Shown here: positions 11,637-25,461 of the stretch, piece after piece
Position numbering within the stretch: the stretch's first letter is position 1
Layout: every line of letters begins with the position of its first letter
From: Tubiluchus corallicola
Taxonomy: Eukaryota; Animalia; Priapulida
NCBI GenBank assembly: GCA_030141605.1
Contig: JAQGDQ010000480.1
Span: 62,001-126,000, forward strand
DNA length: 64,000 bases
Direction of reading: 5' to 3'
The notes under the pieces: model-generated
What the model was told of the DNA's origin: nothing
Seen by the model: only the letters and a program-made list of their open reading frames with translations
Database searches by the model: none
Translations under genes and position numbers: made by a program

Positions 11637-14338
11637 ATGCTTTCTTTATTGCGTTGTCTTACACTTGCTAAATATGCAACGTTCTTATAAGTTTGCAAAT
11701 TCTGTCCCTGCAGATGAAAAAGCAGTTACACAAGGTTAAACATTTCTGTTTACACAAGGTCCAACGATGCCTTTATAGTCGCTAAGCGCACATGCGCTCA
11801 CTTAATTATTCTCCTTGCGGGCGATATAATAAGTTATAATGATAATGGCAACGACGGTAATGCTGGTCATGATCATGGCAAGTTATGATGATAGCAATAA
11901 TGATAATGATGATGGTTAAACTTGACTCTATTAGCATACCCACCAGTCAGGTTACTCTTCTATTTTCGTAGGGAAGCCCAACCTGACTATTAAGAAGAGT
12001 AACCTGAACCGTCAATTATTGCCGACTGTAACTACCGAGAGCTCCCTGACTAGCCCAAAAACTAGGACTGATGACACTAGTACTGAATCAAATGAAACAT
12101 GCAACTTGGAAATTGCAAATTTACTGCTAACTTCAGGAGAAAGTTTACCCATGCAAACAGCTACAACTGCGAGCAGACTTAAGTGAGACAAACGCGCAAC
12201 CTATGAACCTATACCAAAGGTTGGGTTGGGTTCTCCAACACATTTCTATACATGAACTCAGCAGATTTGAAAAATGCCTGCTTCCTCGAGCTAAAACTTG
12301 TAGATTGATGAGCCATTTTGCTGGACCAAAAAGGTGATCTTTTCAATTGACTTTAGCTCTCACATTAGCCTTTTTCCAGACAGTCACCCATCTAATTACT
12401 CATCCATCGAGTGTATAAAAATGTTACCAGATGGAAGGTCGGCCTTCTTTTGATGGTCTTCGTCCTGACAGCCACCTAACCTGAAACGCAGAAATATATA
12501 TAACCTAAATTTCAACACATTTTAATTCACTAATATATTCAGGTCACAAAGTCATACATTGGCTTTGGCTCAAAGTCTTGTTTAACCCAGCACCGGTCTT
12601 CTAGCAACAAGCACACAAATAGATTGAGATGGCAATGTTCTTTGGACTCGAATTTCCGGGAGGTATTTGAGAGTGTATTTGGTGACCTTCCCTTCTCAAA
12701 CAAAACAAGTAATTGCAGATTGCAGCTGAACAAACTTCACACTCTAACTAAATTTTTTTTAATCAGGTTTTTCTTTATTCCTCGGCGGCTGCAGTAGCGA
12801 AATAACTGCAGCATTTTTTTGTGTTTATATTCCGGATTACTTGAAGTTTTAGTGGCTAATTTTGAGAGCAAGTAAATGTGTGATTTTTTGCATTTTTAAT
12901 TGTTATAGTTTAAATATAAAAATTTGCTTCTAAATGAGAGTTTGAAAAAAGGTTCGTTTGCGTTTCGTGATCACTAATAATTAGAAATCACTTGCATGGT
13001 GGTGTCTTTTTTATTAATTTCTTTTTCCCGTTGACATTTTACTATAAATAGGGTTACGAAGGCAATTTTTGACCAACTCCCTAATGTTAGTAATGGGTAT
13101 TATTGAGAAGCCCAAAAATGCAAATGTACCTGTATAAAAGAGAATGCGTGACCTTTCTGTCGGTAAAGATGCAAGCTGTAGGCTTTCTAAGAGAAGTCTG
13201 TTCACATATCTTTCTTTTTGAAGATCTGGAGCTATACCGGTTATGCAATAATGTTAATTTTCTGGATCTTTTAACTTTTCTTGTCTGCTGTGAAATTTCA
13301 TCACTTGTATGCAACTTTATACATCCTGAGACGGATCCGCGCTGGATTCCGGATTCATTGCAGTATTATTGTACTTTTTTGCTGCATAATTTTTTTACTT
13401 TTGACATATTCACCGATTTTTGTAGTCAAATGTGTTTAATTTTATTTGCTTTACCACTGCATTCACTGATTCACTTTGTTTTCCTAATTGTTGTGCTTTT
13501 TATTTTTTCTTTATTACAAAGTATTTTTCTGGTTTTTATGCTGATGAATTTTTATACATGTCCCTTCAGCTTACATACCACTATGCAACCTCATGAAAAA
13601 ACGCAAGGGCTTCTAATCCTTATATTTGAAACAGATCGTAAAGCTTCTCGTCAAGCTAGGCTTCAGGACGACTTGTGACACAACGCATTATTGAAACTTT
13701 CTTTATATTATTTACATTGTTAGATCGTAATTAAATATTTGTTAAATTGTAAATTTACATTATTTAATACTGTAACATTGACTCTATAACATGCTATGCC
13801 ATGTGGAATAAACGAATCTTGAATCTTGAGATTATGAAATTTCCACACTCTAATTATACGTAGCCTCTCGTCTGCATTAAAAAATAATTTAAAAAATTGA
13901 TGCGTCGATAAAATTTCATATTCCATTTGCAGATAAGAAATATACAAATCATTTGGTTGCAGCAATTAGTTGCTGCTTGAAATGTTTTTGTAAGGGAAAT
14001 GACGTCAGCATTCAATAATGCAAACAGGGCAAAATAATAATGATAAATATACATCAATGCCCAATGGCAATCGTGTACACGTCTGTTCATATTTGTTTAG
14101 GAAGCCGAGTATCGATTAGAACTTGTTGTGAAATGAATATAATGTATGTGCAGTGTATAGCCCGTACTAAGCTTACACTTCATAGCAAAGAAATATATAA
14201 ATGCTTGTATGAAAAAGCAGTGAGCTCACCCACCTCCTAATGCATCCATTACGAACACAAAACTAACACCTTACCATTTTTAAGCACAAGAAAACACTTT
14301 TCATCAATAAAGCTTAAAAATCGTAATGAAATTTTATA

Positions 14339-14746
14339 TCACTTACACGCTGTCTACAAGGCTGCATAAAAACTGAAAAGTTAAACTCCGGCGATGACCA
14401 TTAGGCGCAGCCATTTTAACGGTAGGTCGTTTGAAGCAAGTTTGGATAACATTGCGCAAGGTTTTAAAAAATAATCAGAACATTTGCAGCGCACTCTTCC
14501 TAACTAAGCAAAAGCCTAAATAACTTTTTTAGTTCTCAATAAGCTTATATGTTTTTGTGTGAATCAGTGTTGCACATTGGGATGGCGATGCAGCGCCATT
14601 TTTCCAGGTGGCGCGGATATTTAAGTTATTAAGAATTTTTTCAGCTCAACAAGTCTTTCAAACAGATAAGCGTAATGCTAAGTAATATAACATTGTATGG
14701 AAAGTTCTTTTGAAAATATTTTAAAAGTCCCTTTTCTTCCCTTTTA
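14339..14746 (-). mobile_element. Interspersed repeat family B, copy 2 (inverted)
   Basis: TTAGGCGCAGCCATTTTAA..CAAGTTTGGATAACATTG..TGGAAAGTT..CCCTTTTCTTCCCTTTTAA is the reverse complement of 4326-4723. Confidence 0.65.
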
Positions 14747-17700
14747 AAGCACACTGCAAGTCATACTAAAGACCCTCGAAATAGTGTGAGCAGTTTAGTG
14801 CGCTGCAATCTCGCATGCCGCAGCTAATGCTTACTGGTATTCAAGGTTGTAGCAGCACTTGAGTCTAGCCAACTATCAAGGTCACTGAGTCAGTTGAAGC
14901 GCCGTTGGATGTATGTACGTCTCCTTCCAGTGAGAGAAATGGCTGGGTGGTCATCCATCCACTTACTGGGCATGCGTATTCTTGCTTAACTTTATGGCTG
15001 AGCATACGCCAAAACACGTCAGCAGTTCCGTTCGCCAATATCTACCTTACAATGTAAGCTGTATACCTTACGATGCCGAAATTATCATTAACTAAAATTA
15101 TTGTAGAACTATTATGAAACGCAAATTTTGACTCAGTGTGTGATATAACTGCGCAGTTTAAGGAAGTAATCCAACTATTGTTAATATCGAAAATTCCTCG
15201 TTACCTTAATTTTTGTTTACCTAAACAAGACTAAATATTTGTTAAATGAGAAATGCAGTAAATAAAATGATTAAATACCAAACTTTTACTGTAATACATC
15301 ACCCATTAGCAAGTGTTAAGCAAATTCGATTTTCAAAAACTTCGAATGTGTTAATAAAAATTAATTTCCTGCAGAAGGTGCAAGTTCATTAAACACATAA
15401 CATTGTGCATGTGTGTACAATGTTCTTCAATGTACATATGTTCATTAAGGCACAGATGTTCTTCAAGGACAGATATCACGCAATACTCACATGCGTGTGC
15501 TGAGTGAGTCGACACATACTACATAATTATATGCGTGTTCAATTGGTGTTCAATTTACACATATCAAAAGTGTGTGCAATGGACTTAGCACGACGTATTT
15601 TAAAATAAATTGGTCATTCATTTTTGGTGACTCACGTATTTGGGGACCTATGATGCAGAGAACCGGCTACACTTAACCCTCTCTAAATATCAGAAATTTT
15701 ATTATCAATTTAATAAAATATCACACGGATATAGCAACAGAATTTGCTTTCATTTCAGTCATACTTAATGTAAAATAAAAAGATTGCATTTGAGTGAAAA
15801 GCTCAATATTTATAGTTAACACATTATGCAATAGAAACTGTATGAACGTACTTAGTACACCAATGTACAACACTACACTAACACCACTAATTTTACTCAC
15901 GCGTATTTAGTTGCATGCGGTATTGACAAGCAGTTCGATCTGAGAAACATTTCGTGTGAACGTCCGTAACTATAGAAGCGCGCTAATGATTAATTCAGAA
16001 GCCTCGTTTTGGTGATAACGCAACGGGCGCGATAAATTGGGGCTCTAGCTAATTCAGAATATAGAGATAAATCACTCATTTTTATAAATGTAATAAAATA
16101 TTTGAAATAAAACAAGGTAATTTAAGTAAATTTAATTTAATTTAATTTAATTAAAGTAAATAAATGGACATGTTAGATTGGGGCAAAAATATCCGAAAGG
16201 TCACAATACGTGCTAGCCTAAGAACTTAAACAATGTCAGGTCAGGTTAATCAATGGATAGACGGCTCCTGGCAAAACTGGTCCTGTTTCATTTATTTTAC
16301 ATTGTATATATACTTACACTGCGTTTGTGTGAAAAATGCACATAAAAACGGCAAATTACTATTACTTACTAATAAAAGTTTATTTATACGAGGAGACTTT
16401 GGCAGGGTAATACTGCCTCATTTCGCCAAGGCCACCTCGGCAAACAAAGAAAAAAGGGCCAGAGATAAAAAAAAGGAAAGAAAAATGGATTGTAATGGAA
16501 AGGCAATGGGTAATCGATGTGTTAAGCAATGTTACACGAACAAAGATGCGCCAAATGGGTAATAGAATTTCCAGTTATAAATGCAAAGCAATGTGCTACA
16601 CTACGTCCTATATACAAATCACACACGTAGAAGTTTGAAAGATGACAGGCATTGGATGCACGCGTTAATGCAATAAAGCTTACAAAATTTTTATAAGCCT
16701 GACCACTATAAGTAATAGCCCTGTCAGTAATACACCGTGGTATATCACTAAAGTTGCTATAAATAACGTATTTTAATGAACGCACGTAATTCATTATTTA
16801 GTTTGGTCAGACTCGGAGTTAATCAGAATTTTTTAATGTTACAATGATTAATTAAAATGCTGGTAGAAAATGACACAGAGCCTTAGGTTTATTATTTTTT
16901 AGTTTTTTTGGGAGCTTCATAACCAGTAATATGTTAATGCTTCGAATTTGTAAATTCGAGCCTACTGTGAAGGCCCAATTCATCTAGTAGGCCTAACTGC
17001 TGATTAATGCTGAGCACTACGTTTTCCTACGTAAGTCCAAGCATAATTTATTGCAGATTGGATCAGACAGTTCGAAAACATGATTTGAGATCCTCGCCGC
17101 AACAAGCTATATACACTATTTACAAAATATTTGCAATAAGAATGACTATTAAAAGATTACCTGACAACAGGTTTTATCACAAGATTACATTAGATTTTTC
17201 TTACTGCGAAATTTTAATGCGTAATTGCTACTTATATATATATATACATGTAGCTATATAATAATAACAATAATCGGGTTGAATTAGTTTAAAAGGTTTG
17301 TTTATTTATAAAAGTTTATCATACATGTACTGTTATTTTATAGTTTAATAGCTTTTGCAAATATTAGCATAACAGCTCTTTGGTTTCTAAAGAAAGAATT
17401 TTGTATATATGTCCATGCTGAGTTCATTTACAATTATCATATTAAGGTGTGCACCAAAGTTCACCAACAAAAGTACTCAATAAAAAGTACTACAACATGT
17501 ATACAAGTTAGAAGCCAAAGCAACGTCAACGATAGCAGCAGCAACACACAATGGATAAGTGTTTCAAATCTATAGTTCAGTTTTAATCGAATCTCCAGCT
17601 TTTAGGAATAATTGTATAACAAGCAACACGCAATAGCACAATGAATCAAATCTGTTACTTTTAATAATAATAACTGTACAACAATACTTGTGTCATCATC

Positions 17701-17833
17701 AGTCATCGCTGGTTTTTATGGTTTTCGTAATAACCACAATATTGTGAGTCGGTATCCTAAACATCACAAATTATCTTTGCGAAAGTGTAGAAGAACGGAA
17801 ATTATAGCTGGGTGTTTTGCAGCTTAATTTGAA

Positions 17834-18281
17834 GAAACACGGGGCCTGGTTTTAATGATAGTTGTCGAGAAATGCGCCATATTGGCATATTTCTAAGCAA
17901 GTGTTTATTCTTATTGCTTACCCTGGTTGCTTGGAAGTTGAAACTAAAGAAACACTGGTCCTATTTCTAATGAATGATGTAGAGAAATGCGCCATTATGG
18001 CGTATCTCTAAACAAGTGTTTATTCTTATTGCTTACTCTGGTTGCTTGGAAGTTGAAACTAAAGGAACCCTGGGCCTATTTCTAATGAATGATGTAGAGA
18101 AATGCGCCATTATGGCGTATCTCTAAACAAGTGTTTATTCTTATTGCCTACCCTGGTTGCTTGGAAGTTGAAGCTAAAGAAACACTGGACCTAGTTTTAA
18201 TGAATGGTGCCGAGAAATGCGCCAGTGTGGCGTATCTCTAGGCCCAGTGCTCATTCGTATTGCTTACCCTGGTTGCTTGGA
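17834..18281. repeat. Tandem repeat, 115-bp unit, about 3.9 copies
   Basis: Units start at 17834, 17949, 18064, 18179 (GAAACACTGG..GAGAAATGCGCCA..CTGGTTGCTTGGAAGTTGAAACTAAA). Confidence 0.92.
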
Positions 18282-18791
18282 TCTGGTAAACAGCAAACAG
18301 GTTCAACACATTAAATGAACATACATTTATTTTTTCCTGAATAAGTCTATACATAATATTACTTGGCATTTTGCTAACTAATTGTCCAGTAACGGACAAT
18401 CTATTCTATTTCTAATAGGCTTTATCTGAAGTCAGTATAATTTGTTCCCAACCTGCTAGCGCAGTGGCCTACGTTATCCCCCGGAGGTTCCTTATTGAGG
18501 ATATCCTGAGGCCCACGTAACTATCTAAGGTCTATTGTTATGTTACGTAGCCTTGTAAACGTTTAATCTATAATGTAGTATCTAGTCAATACATTTGTCA
18601 TATCATGTACTGGTTTTACCTTACTAGAATATAATAGGCCTTTTATTGTCAGTAGGCCAAAAATTTTATACTAATGTAACTAATCTGCTTAACTATCTCA
18701 TTATAATAAATATAATGTAATTTTGCTTAATGATTGTCCACATATTTTAATCACCTGTTCTTGGTTTTTCTTCAGGTAAACAATACAACCA

Positions 18792-18822
<31 letters not shown>

Positions 18823-18836
18823 TATTATTATTATTA

Positions 18837-18912
<76 letters not shown>

Positions 18913-18941
18913 CCCTAATTAATATAAGAGATAATACGATA

Positions 18942-18995
<54 letters not shown>
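18792..18995. repeat. Adjacent (ATT)n and (AAT)n microsatellites in inverted orientation
   Basis: (ATT)n about 18792-18912, (AAT)n about 18946-18995, about 35 bp apart. Confidence 0.95.
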
Positions 18996-18996
<1 letters not shown>

Positions 18997-19727
18997 GACA
19001 ATAATAATGTATTATTCTACGGTATATTAAGTAATTGAGCCCTTTTCAGGGAGATAATTCACCATAATTCTGCTCTCATTCTGTAGTAATTTAACTTTAC
19101 GTAATCTCTGGAGGCCCCTCAGCTGGTGGAGGCCCTGGGCGCAACTAATAAAACCTGTGCCTTATCCACCACCACTGCCTTGTACGGAAATTTTATCAAG
19201 AAAAGCATTTTCCATGTGCAGTAGCATTAAAATTAACGTAGGACCAGATGTGCTAGACGAAAGAGGCGAAACGAGAGAGGAACGGAGAGAATTTGATTTG
19301 ATTTGATTCGATTTAATCCTTTATTTCAAACTGAAGCTCATATTATAATTGACGTATATACAACATTATATAAAAATCAATACAAACAAATCACACACTC
19401 TTACACAAAAACAAAAACTACAATAAAAATAATTTGTTACAATAATAAAGAGAATGGGGGAGAGGAAAGGAGAGGAAAAGACGTAAGATAAAATAAAGTT
19501 AGACAAGACAAATTTCATTTAAAGTCAATTTTCTGCATAAATATTGCAAACAATTAAAAGCATTTAATCTACTATACATACAAAAATCAAACAAAAAAAA
19601 CAGTAAACAATACAATTAACCTGTTAACTGTTTATTAAACTTAGTTTCCATTATAATGAAAGAAAATACAAAAAAACTTCTGTTTTTAAGTACACGTAGA
19701 TCTGCTCTGAAATATATTATGCTATTT

Positions 19728-20706
19728 AACCCATAGTTGGGGTATGGAATGGTTAGTGCCTTTCAGCACTGCACCTCTGGGGCTCCATACTGCTCCGAGA
19801 TCCCCTGCTGATTAGCCTGCTCCTGTAATGGGGCAGTTACCAGCTCGCACCTCGTGGAGGTTACGCAGGAGTCTTGGGTGTGGAGAGGCTGTGTGCCAAC
19901 TGTTCGTCTACATTTAGCATTAGTAGGCAATTATGCCTAACGCATCACACACCCCTGTAGTGCACGCACTACCGCGAGCCAGGCCCCCCTCCCCCCGAGG
20001 CACCTTACGGGGCTCTGACAGTCCAATAGTGGCTGTCCTGACCAGAGCCCAGATTTCCGCTCAACCCCACCCCACCTACCAACTTACGGGGCTCTGACAG
20101 TCCAATAGTGGCTGTCCTGACCAGAGCCCAGATTTCCGCCCAACCCCACCTACCAACTTACGGGGCTCTGACAGTCCAATAGTGGCTGTCCTGACCAGAG
20201 CCCAGATTTCCACTCAATCCAACCTACCAACTTACGGGGCTCTGACAGTCCAATAGTGGCTGTCCTGACCAGAGCCCAGATTTCCGCCCAACCCCACCTA
20301 CCAACTTACGGGGCTCTGACAGTCCAATAGTGGCTGTCCTGACCAGAGCCCAGATGTGAGAGCATGGTACGGTAAGGTTAGTACTTAAGAATGACATTCA
20401 GCACTCAACCAGAGGGAGACCCATGCTACTCGAGCTTCCAAGACGAACCGCCCCGGTGGTTGTCCCGGAAGACTCTCCCTCACCACTACAACGCGTGGAG
20501 GTCCCAGATGACGAATGGACTGAGGGCATAGGAGCAACGCGCCCCCGGGTCCTAGACCATATGGTCCGGATCCTCCAGCGTATAGGCACCAGTTGGTCCT
20601 CACGGTCCTCACGGCGCTCGCGGTTGCACAAGAAACTAAAACATCCCATGGTAGCCCAATAAAACGCACAAAATGACTCGCTGATAATAATAATAATAAT
20701 AATAAT
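19728..20706 (+). mobile_element. GC-rich probable retroposed element (non-LTR 3' end or large SINE) with an internal tandem array and (AAT)n tail
   Basis: Abrupt GC-rich island in AT-rich DNA, AATAAA at 20658, (ATA)n tail 20684-20706, many short hairpins, no recognisable protein domain. Confidence 0.5.
20004..20355. repeat. Tandem array of five hairpin-containing units (74 bp; first unit 79 bp)
   Basis: Units at 20004, 20083, 20157, 20231, 20305; invariant core GGGCTCTG-ACAGTCCAATAGTGGCTGTCCTGAC-CAGAGCCC plus a C-rich linker that varies slightly. Confidence 0.95.
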
Positions 20707-22199
20707 ACACTGTATATCGCTCTTTCCGCATCGACAGCTAAGAAAGAAATGAGGCCGAACAAAGGCTGACATCTATCACGTCACTGCAAGAAAGAAGAAC
20801 AATCGTTGCCAACACAACGATTGTTATCTTCATATGAACGACGTAATGTGTCATGACGCACTTTCAGGAGATGATGATGCAAACTAATTCCCATGGTAAC
20901 GAGTATAGAATTATTCTTCTAAAATGAGCATGGAAAATAAAACGCGCCATTTGTGTACAGACTACCTGATGGTAGTCCAGTGAAGAAGTAGCTATTCAAC
21001 AACCAGTAGAACAGAGGTGAACAAAATAATGTTCCTGGACGCATGAAGATTTCTAAAATTCTTTTTACTCGCGATCTGTCAACTTACAACAGGTAGATAG
21101 CGAAATCTAGGTAAAGAATTGAAGATAGTCATAAGAAATACAATTTTGGTAATTTTTCTAGTTTGTTATAGTATTTGAAATTAATCTGATAAATGTCATA
21201 AGTATGTTTATTGATGAAAAAAATAATGATTTCGTAAATGTATTTTATTAAGTAGTAAGGTAAAGCGGGGTAACATTGATACTTCGATACTTTGTAAAAA
21301 GTGATTTTTCGTTTATTAATTTAATTGCATTTTTATGTTACTAGATAGGAAACTTGCTTCATTAACAACATTGATTTTAGCACTTACTTTATTACTCCGT
21401 GTTTAATATCATAAATAATGCATATACGCATTTATATTGACATGTTTCAGACCTTCCAAAGAACTTTAGTTTAATTAATTATAAACTTTCAGATGATGCG
21501 CACGCAAAGGCTGTTTTTGCTTGACAGTCGAAATTGTTGAATTTACCTATCTAATTGCAAGGTGTCCTTTGCCAATACTCCATTGAAAATCCTTTATTAA
21601 ATCCCACTTCACACTGAAAAGTGTTACAACTGTAAAATGGTCAGAATTGTCCAGAATACCATGCCAACGCCAATTCAAAATAAGTGTTGCTTCATTTCCA
21701 GTGGATTATTAGTTTAATGTTATTATAATATGCATATAATTGGATTCTCTGAAGTCTAAATAATGTTATACGCATCATGAAAAAAGCTAATTACAGAATG
21801 CTTAACATGTAATGTTGTATAATTCACTCTATCTAGTGTGTATGTGAAACTGTTTAAATCTGTACAGAAATTTTTCCCTGCAAAGAGAGAATAATAAAGA
21901 CTTATCATCATCATCTTCAGATCTGGAAGATCAAGTACAAGTAAGCTAAGATCTAACTGATTAATAAAATTTGTCGTCTATTCAGTGTTACAAATAAAAT
22001 TCATTATGTGGTAAAACTTTATTTATTGTTTTTTATTTATATCTTTATTTCTGCACAAAAAGTACCATATAAAGAACGTACATTACAGGGACAAAAAACG
22101 TATTTACAATTACTAGTAAAATATGCATATATTGTCACATACATATATGGTCATACGGAAAATAGTGTACTGAACACCCCTTTCACGCAAAATGTAAGT

Positions 22200-23150
22200 T
22201 TCTGTTGAAGCCAAGTTATGCATCTGGCCTGTATAAAAGCGGTCGTCTCCGCTCTTTTGTTGGTCCAGTTACTGTAATACACGGTGTGAGCTCTATTTCA
22301 TCATGATTTTTGAATCTGCTTCATGTAATTTGTTAATAAAAGTGTCGTTTTTCTCACACATCAATCTGTTGTTTCGTGGATGGATTGCAGAACAGTTATA
22401 GTCTGCTTGGCCTTTGTATCTGCTGGTGCCGAACCAACCTGGGTAGTTTTAGACCTTGTCGGTGAGGTACCGCCTGCAGTTCAATAGTTAGATGAAGGTA
22501 TAGAAAATGTATTTATAAATTCTCAATTTGCTCTTTTTGCGTTCTCCATGCCAATGAAACGGGCGTTGAGATGGTATTGTTCATTGTTGCAGGTGCAAAT
22601 GTCCATTACCTCTTCTCAAGGTAGTATATGCATTAGAAGCCACAATATATTAGACAGTAGTTCAACAAGCTAGACTACTTTTTCTACTCTGACATTGTAT
22701 AGGTGGAACTTGTTATGTACACACGTCTTTGTTACATTTAAAATTTGACTTATAATTATACTGCTACCTTTTACTGACATTCTGGCTTTTTCTCGACTCA
22801 ATATTGGATCAACAATGTGTGAATGCATTTTTAGCTTCTTAGTGTAACGTAGTGATCTGTAGCACCACTTATTTTCTAACACTTTTATTTCAGTAGATTT
22901 GTAGCTGTAGTAATTGTAGACTACAGAAAATTTGTATGTTTGCAGAAAACATAGATACGGGAACGCAACTTTGGTTTGAGCGTATACATTACATCCATTA
23001 TCATCACACATTTCTCAAAGAAGATTTAAAATAGTTTCAGAATTGTAATCACCGAGGACAGCGTGAAGGGCTGTTATCTACAAGTGAAGAAATCAGATGT
23101 CATGAACCTGTAAAAAGTTCTTACTTTTGTTTGCTCTTAAAATGTGGGAC
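22200..23150 (-). mobile_element. Heavily decayed LINE fragment (APE endonuclease region)
   Basis: Minus-strand translation gives VLGDYN..L*EMCDDNG near 23060-22995 (GDFN-like motif) and PGW near 22440, with many stops. Weak motif evidence only. Confidence 0.3.
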
Positions 23151-24694
23151 TTTATAAGCTATTAGACTGAAGGTTTTTCGTATCTAAAGGAAATTTACGA
23201 AAAGCATATTAGTATGTGAAAAGGATTATTATAATACTTCCACCACCATACGTTTTCGTATCTCCAAAAGCCAATTATTTGGCTTTTTTAAAAAAATATG
23301 TAATGCAATACGTTAGTTTTGTAATGTCAAATGTATAAATAATGCAAATGTAATAGTGAAATTTATGTAATGTAAAGCATGTTTCTGTTAATTGTGTCAT
23401 GTCAAATGTATATTGTGTAAAATATGTCATGTAAAATTTAATGTAAAAATATTTTAATATGGTGTTTGTAAATATGTTCATTTATTGTATATAATTAGGC
23501 CTTAGTTTTGCACTTTAGTTTTTTTAGTCTGCACTGGACGCATTTGTCTTGAACAGTGTGGTTATTTTAACGTTACGCTGAGGCTTACTCAATTTTGTTA
23601 TAATGAGTGAATAATTTTAATGACAAAGAAGAATTAATATATATATATATATGTTTGGCGAAAACAGAATCCAAACTCAGCTCTATCCTAATTATAATCA
23701 TTATGTAATTGAGACAACATAGTTTATTATATTACTTAAAAGACACGACTGTTCACAGGGGTAGTAATCCCAAGGATAATTCCCGCCAGAACAATCCGAG
23801 GAGTGGGGAAGAAACTGAATTTTTTTCAAAGATGGGAAACTGTTGTTGATTCCTGCTATTGTTATTGTTGTTGTTGTTCTTGCTGTTGCTGCTGCTGCTC
23901 TTGTTGTCATTGTCGTTATAGTTGCTGATGTCACTGTTGTGTCATTGTCAATGACCTTGAAACAGAAAAAAAGTCCGGACGATTGTTTAGGCTCAATCTC
24001 GTTTTAATTTGCTGTACAAAATATACATTTTTTGCCTATAAAAGTTAACAATTGTTTCTTATATTTGAATAATTTAGCTTAGAAAGTTAATTAACGGCAA
24101 CCGAACGCAGCTATTGCTTACGTCAGAAACTAACCACAGTTTCTGCAATGGTAGGCATCTCCCTTGTGCGTCAGGACGTTTGCGTAAGTGTTACTGATTA
24201 AACCCGTGATGTCACGAAAATGGGCTCTACATCATATGACGTCAGAAACTAACACTGCAGTTCATAATCATGCTTATCACTGTACTGGCTTATATTTGTC
24301 GGTTACGCGAATGTGACAAAAAGGCGCCGCTGCCAATCTTACTAGATTCACTGAGCCGCGCGGAGCTTTGAAAGTTTAACGAAATTTGAGTATCCGAGGT
24401 AATTATTATTTAATCTAAGCTTTAATTTAAAATAAGCTTTTGTAATTTTCAATATCTTAGAGCATTCTTTATTCTGAACTCATGCTCACACAATCGTCCG
24501 GTTTTCCTCTAATTAATTATTTTGGAGTTGAATAAAATAGCGCACAGTACAGACTGAAAAATATTACGTAAAAATATATTTCGAATATACACGCTATTAC
24601 ACTATACACTAATTTCAAAAACTATGATAGCCCCCCGTAATAAAAATAAAAAAATAAATAAAAACTAGTACATTAATATTTTTGGTATGTTATA

Positions 24695-25140
24695 TATATA
24701 TATAAGATTCGAGGCTACAGCCCGGACGAGGGCACCATTTGCGGCGATCTATATATCAAACGAGTGGTCTCGATCTAGTGTCGTCGTGCCGTCGGCCGTT
24801 TTTTGCAAACGTTATAGGGCTGAGATGTAGAGAACGGGAATGGGCCGAGGGTGGTGCTGGGTATGGATAGATAGCCCGTTCAGCGATGGGTGTCATAGGC
24901 CTATTTAGAATTCGCGAGAGGGCCACAGCGTCCCGCAAAGGGCGTTTTCCCGGACCCAACTCGCGATTTTTTCGAAATTTTGACCAAACAGCCTGCGGGA
25001 AAAACGTTCTAGCGTCGCCCGGTGGGACTCTCGGAAGGAGATATACGGCTCATCAGAAAGAGGAAGAACGGGGCTACACGATGATGTGGGCTATATGTTA
25101 GAGCAGGTTCACCGAGAGGAGTACTGGCGAGTTAATTGGA
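24695..25140. mobile_element. GC/CpG-rich island abutting a (TA)n run, probable non-autonomous TE
   Basis: Sharp compositional shift after TATATATA at about 24692-24704; no credible ORF. Confidence 0.35.
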
Positions 25141-25461
25141 TGTTCTATTTTCGACAATTTTCGCTTAGAAAACTGCTGACGCAAAGCCATTGTAGTGACG
25201 TCATCCATTGTACTCTGTCTATAATCTTATAGCTTTAATTCAGTAAAAGCTACAGGCTTTGCGTTAGTTAAACAAACAGTAGGCATGATGTTACCGGCTT
25301 TGCGTTATACATGAGGACTAGGTAGGATGTTCGCGTATTATTGATTATACGTGGTTTTTTACACAAAATCTTTTGCGGGGCCTTTGCTAGTTATTATTAT
25401 TATTATAGAAGTAGAAAGATGCATTACTAACAATTACTAGCAAATATTACGTTTTCGAACT

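Noticed and set aside
11971-12185. Plus-strand Ser/Thr-rich terminal-exon-like ORF
   Set aside because: No upstream partner exon or homology, and it overlaps the likely 5' region of the minus-strand membrane-protein gene.
20004-20355. CRISPR-like array of palindromic repeats with spacers
   Set aside because: The spacers are near-identical copies of each other, there are no cas genes and the context is eukaryotic.
19728-20706. Hammerhead or HDV-like ribozyme (CACCTCGTGG resembles the R2 ribozyme loop)
   Set aside because: No CUGANGA/GAAA core on either strand and I could not build the HDV double pseudoknot.
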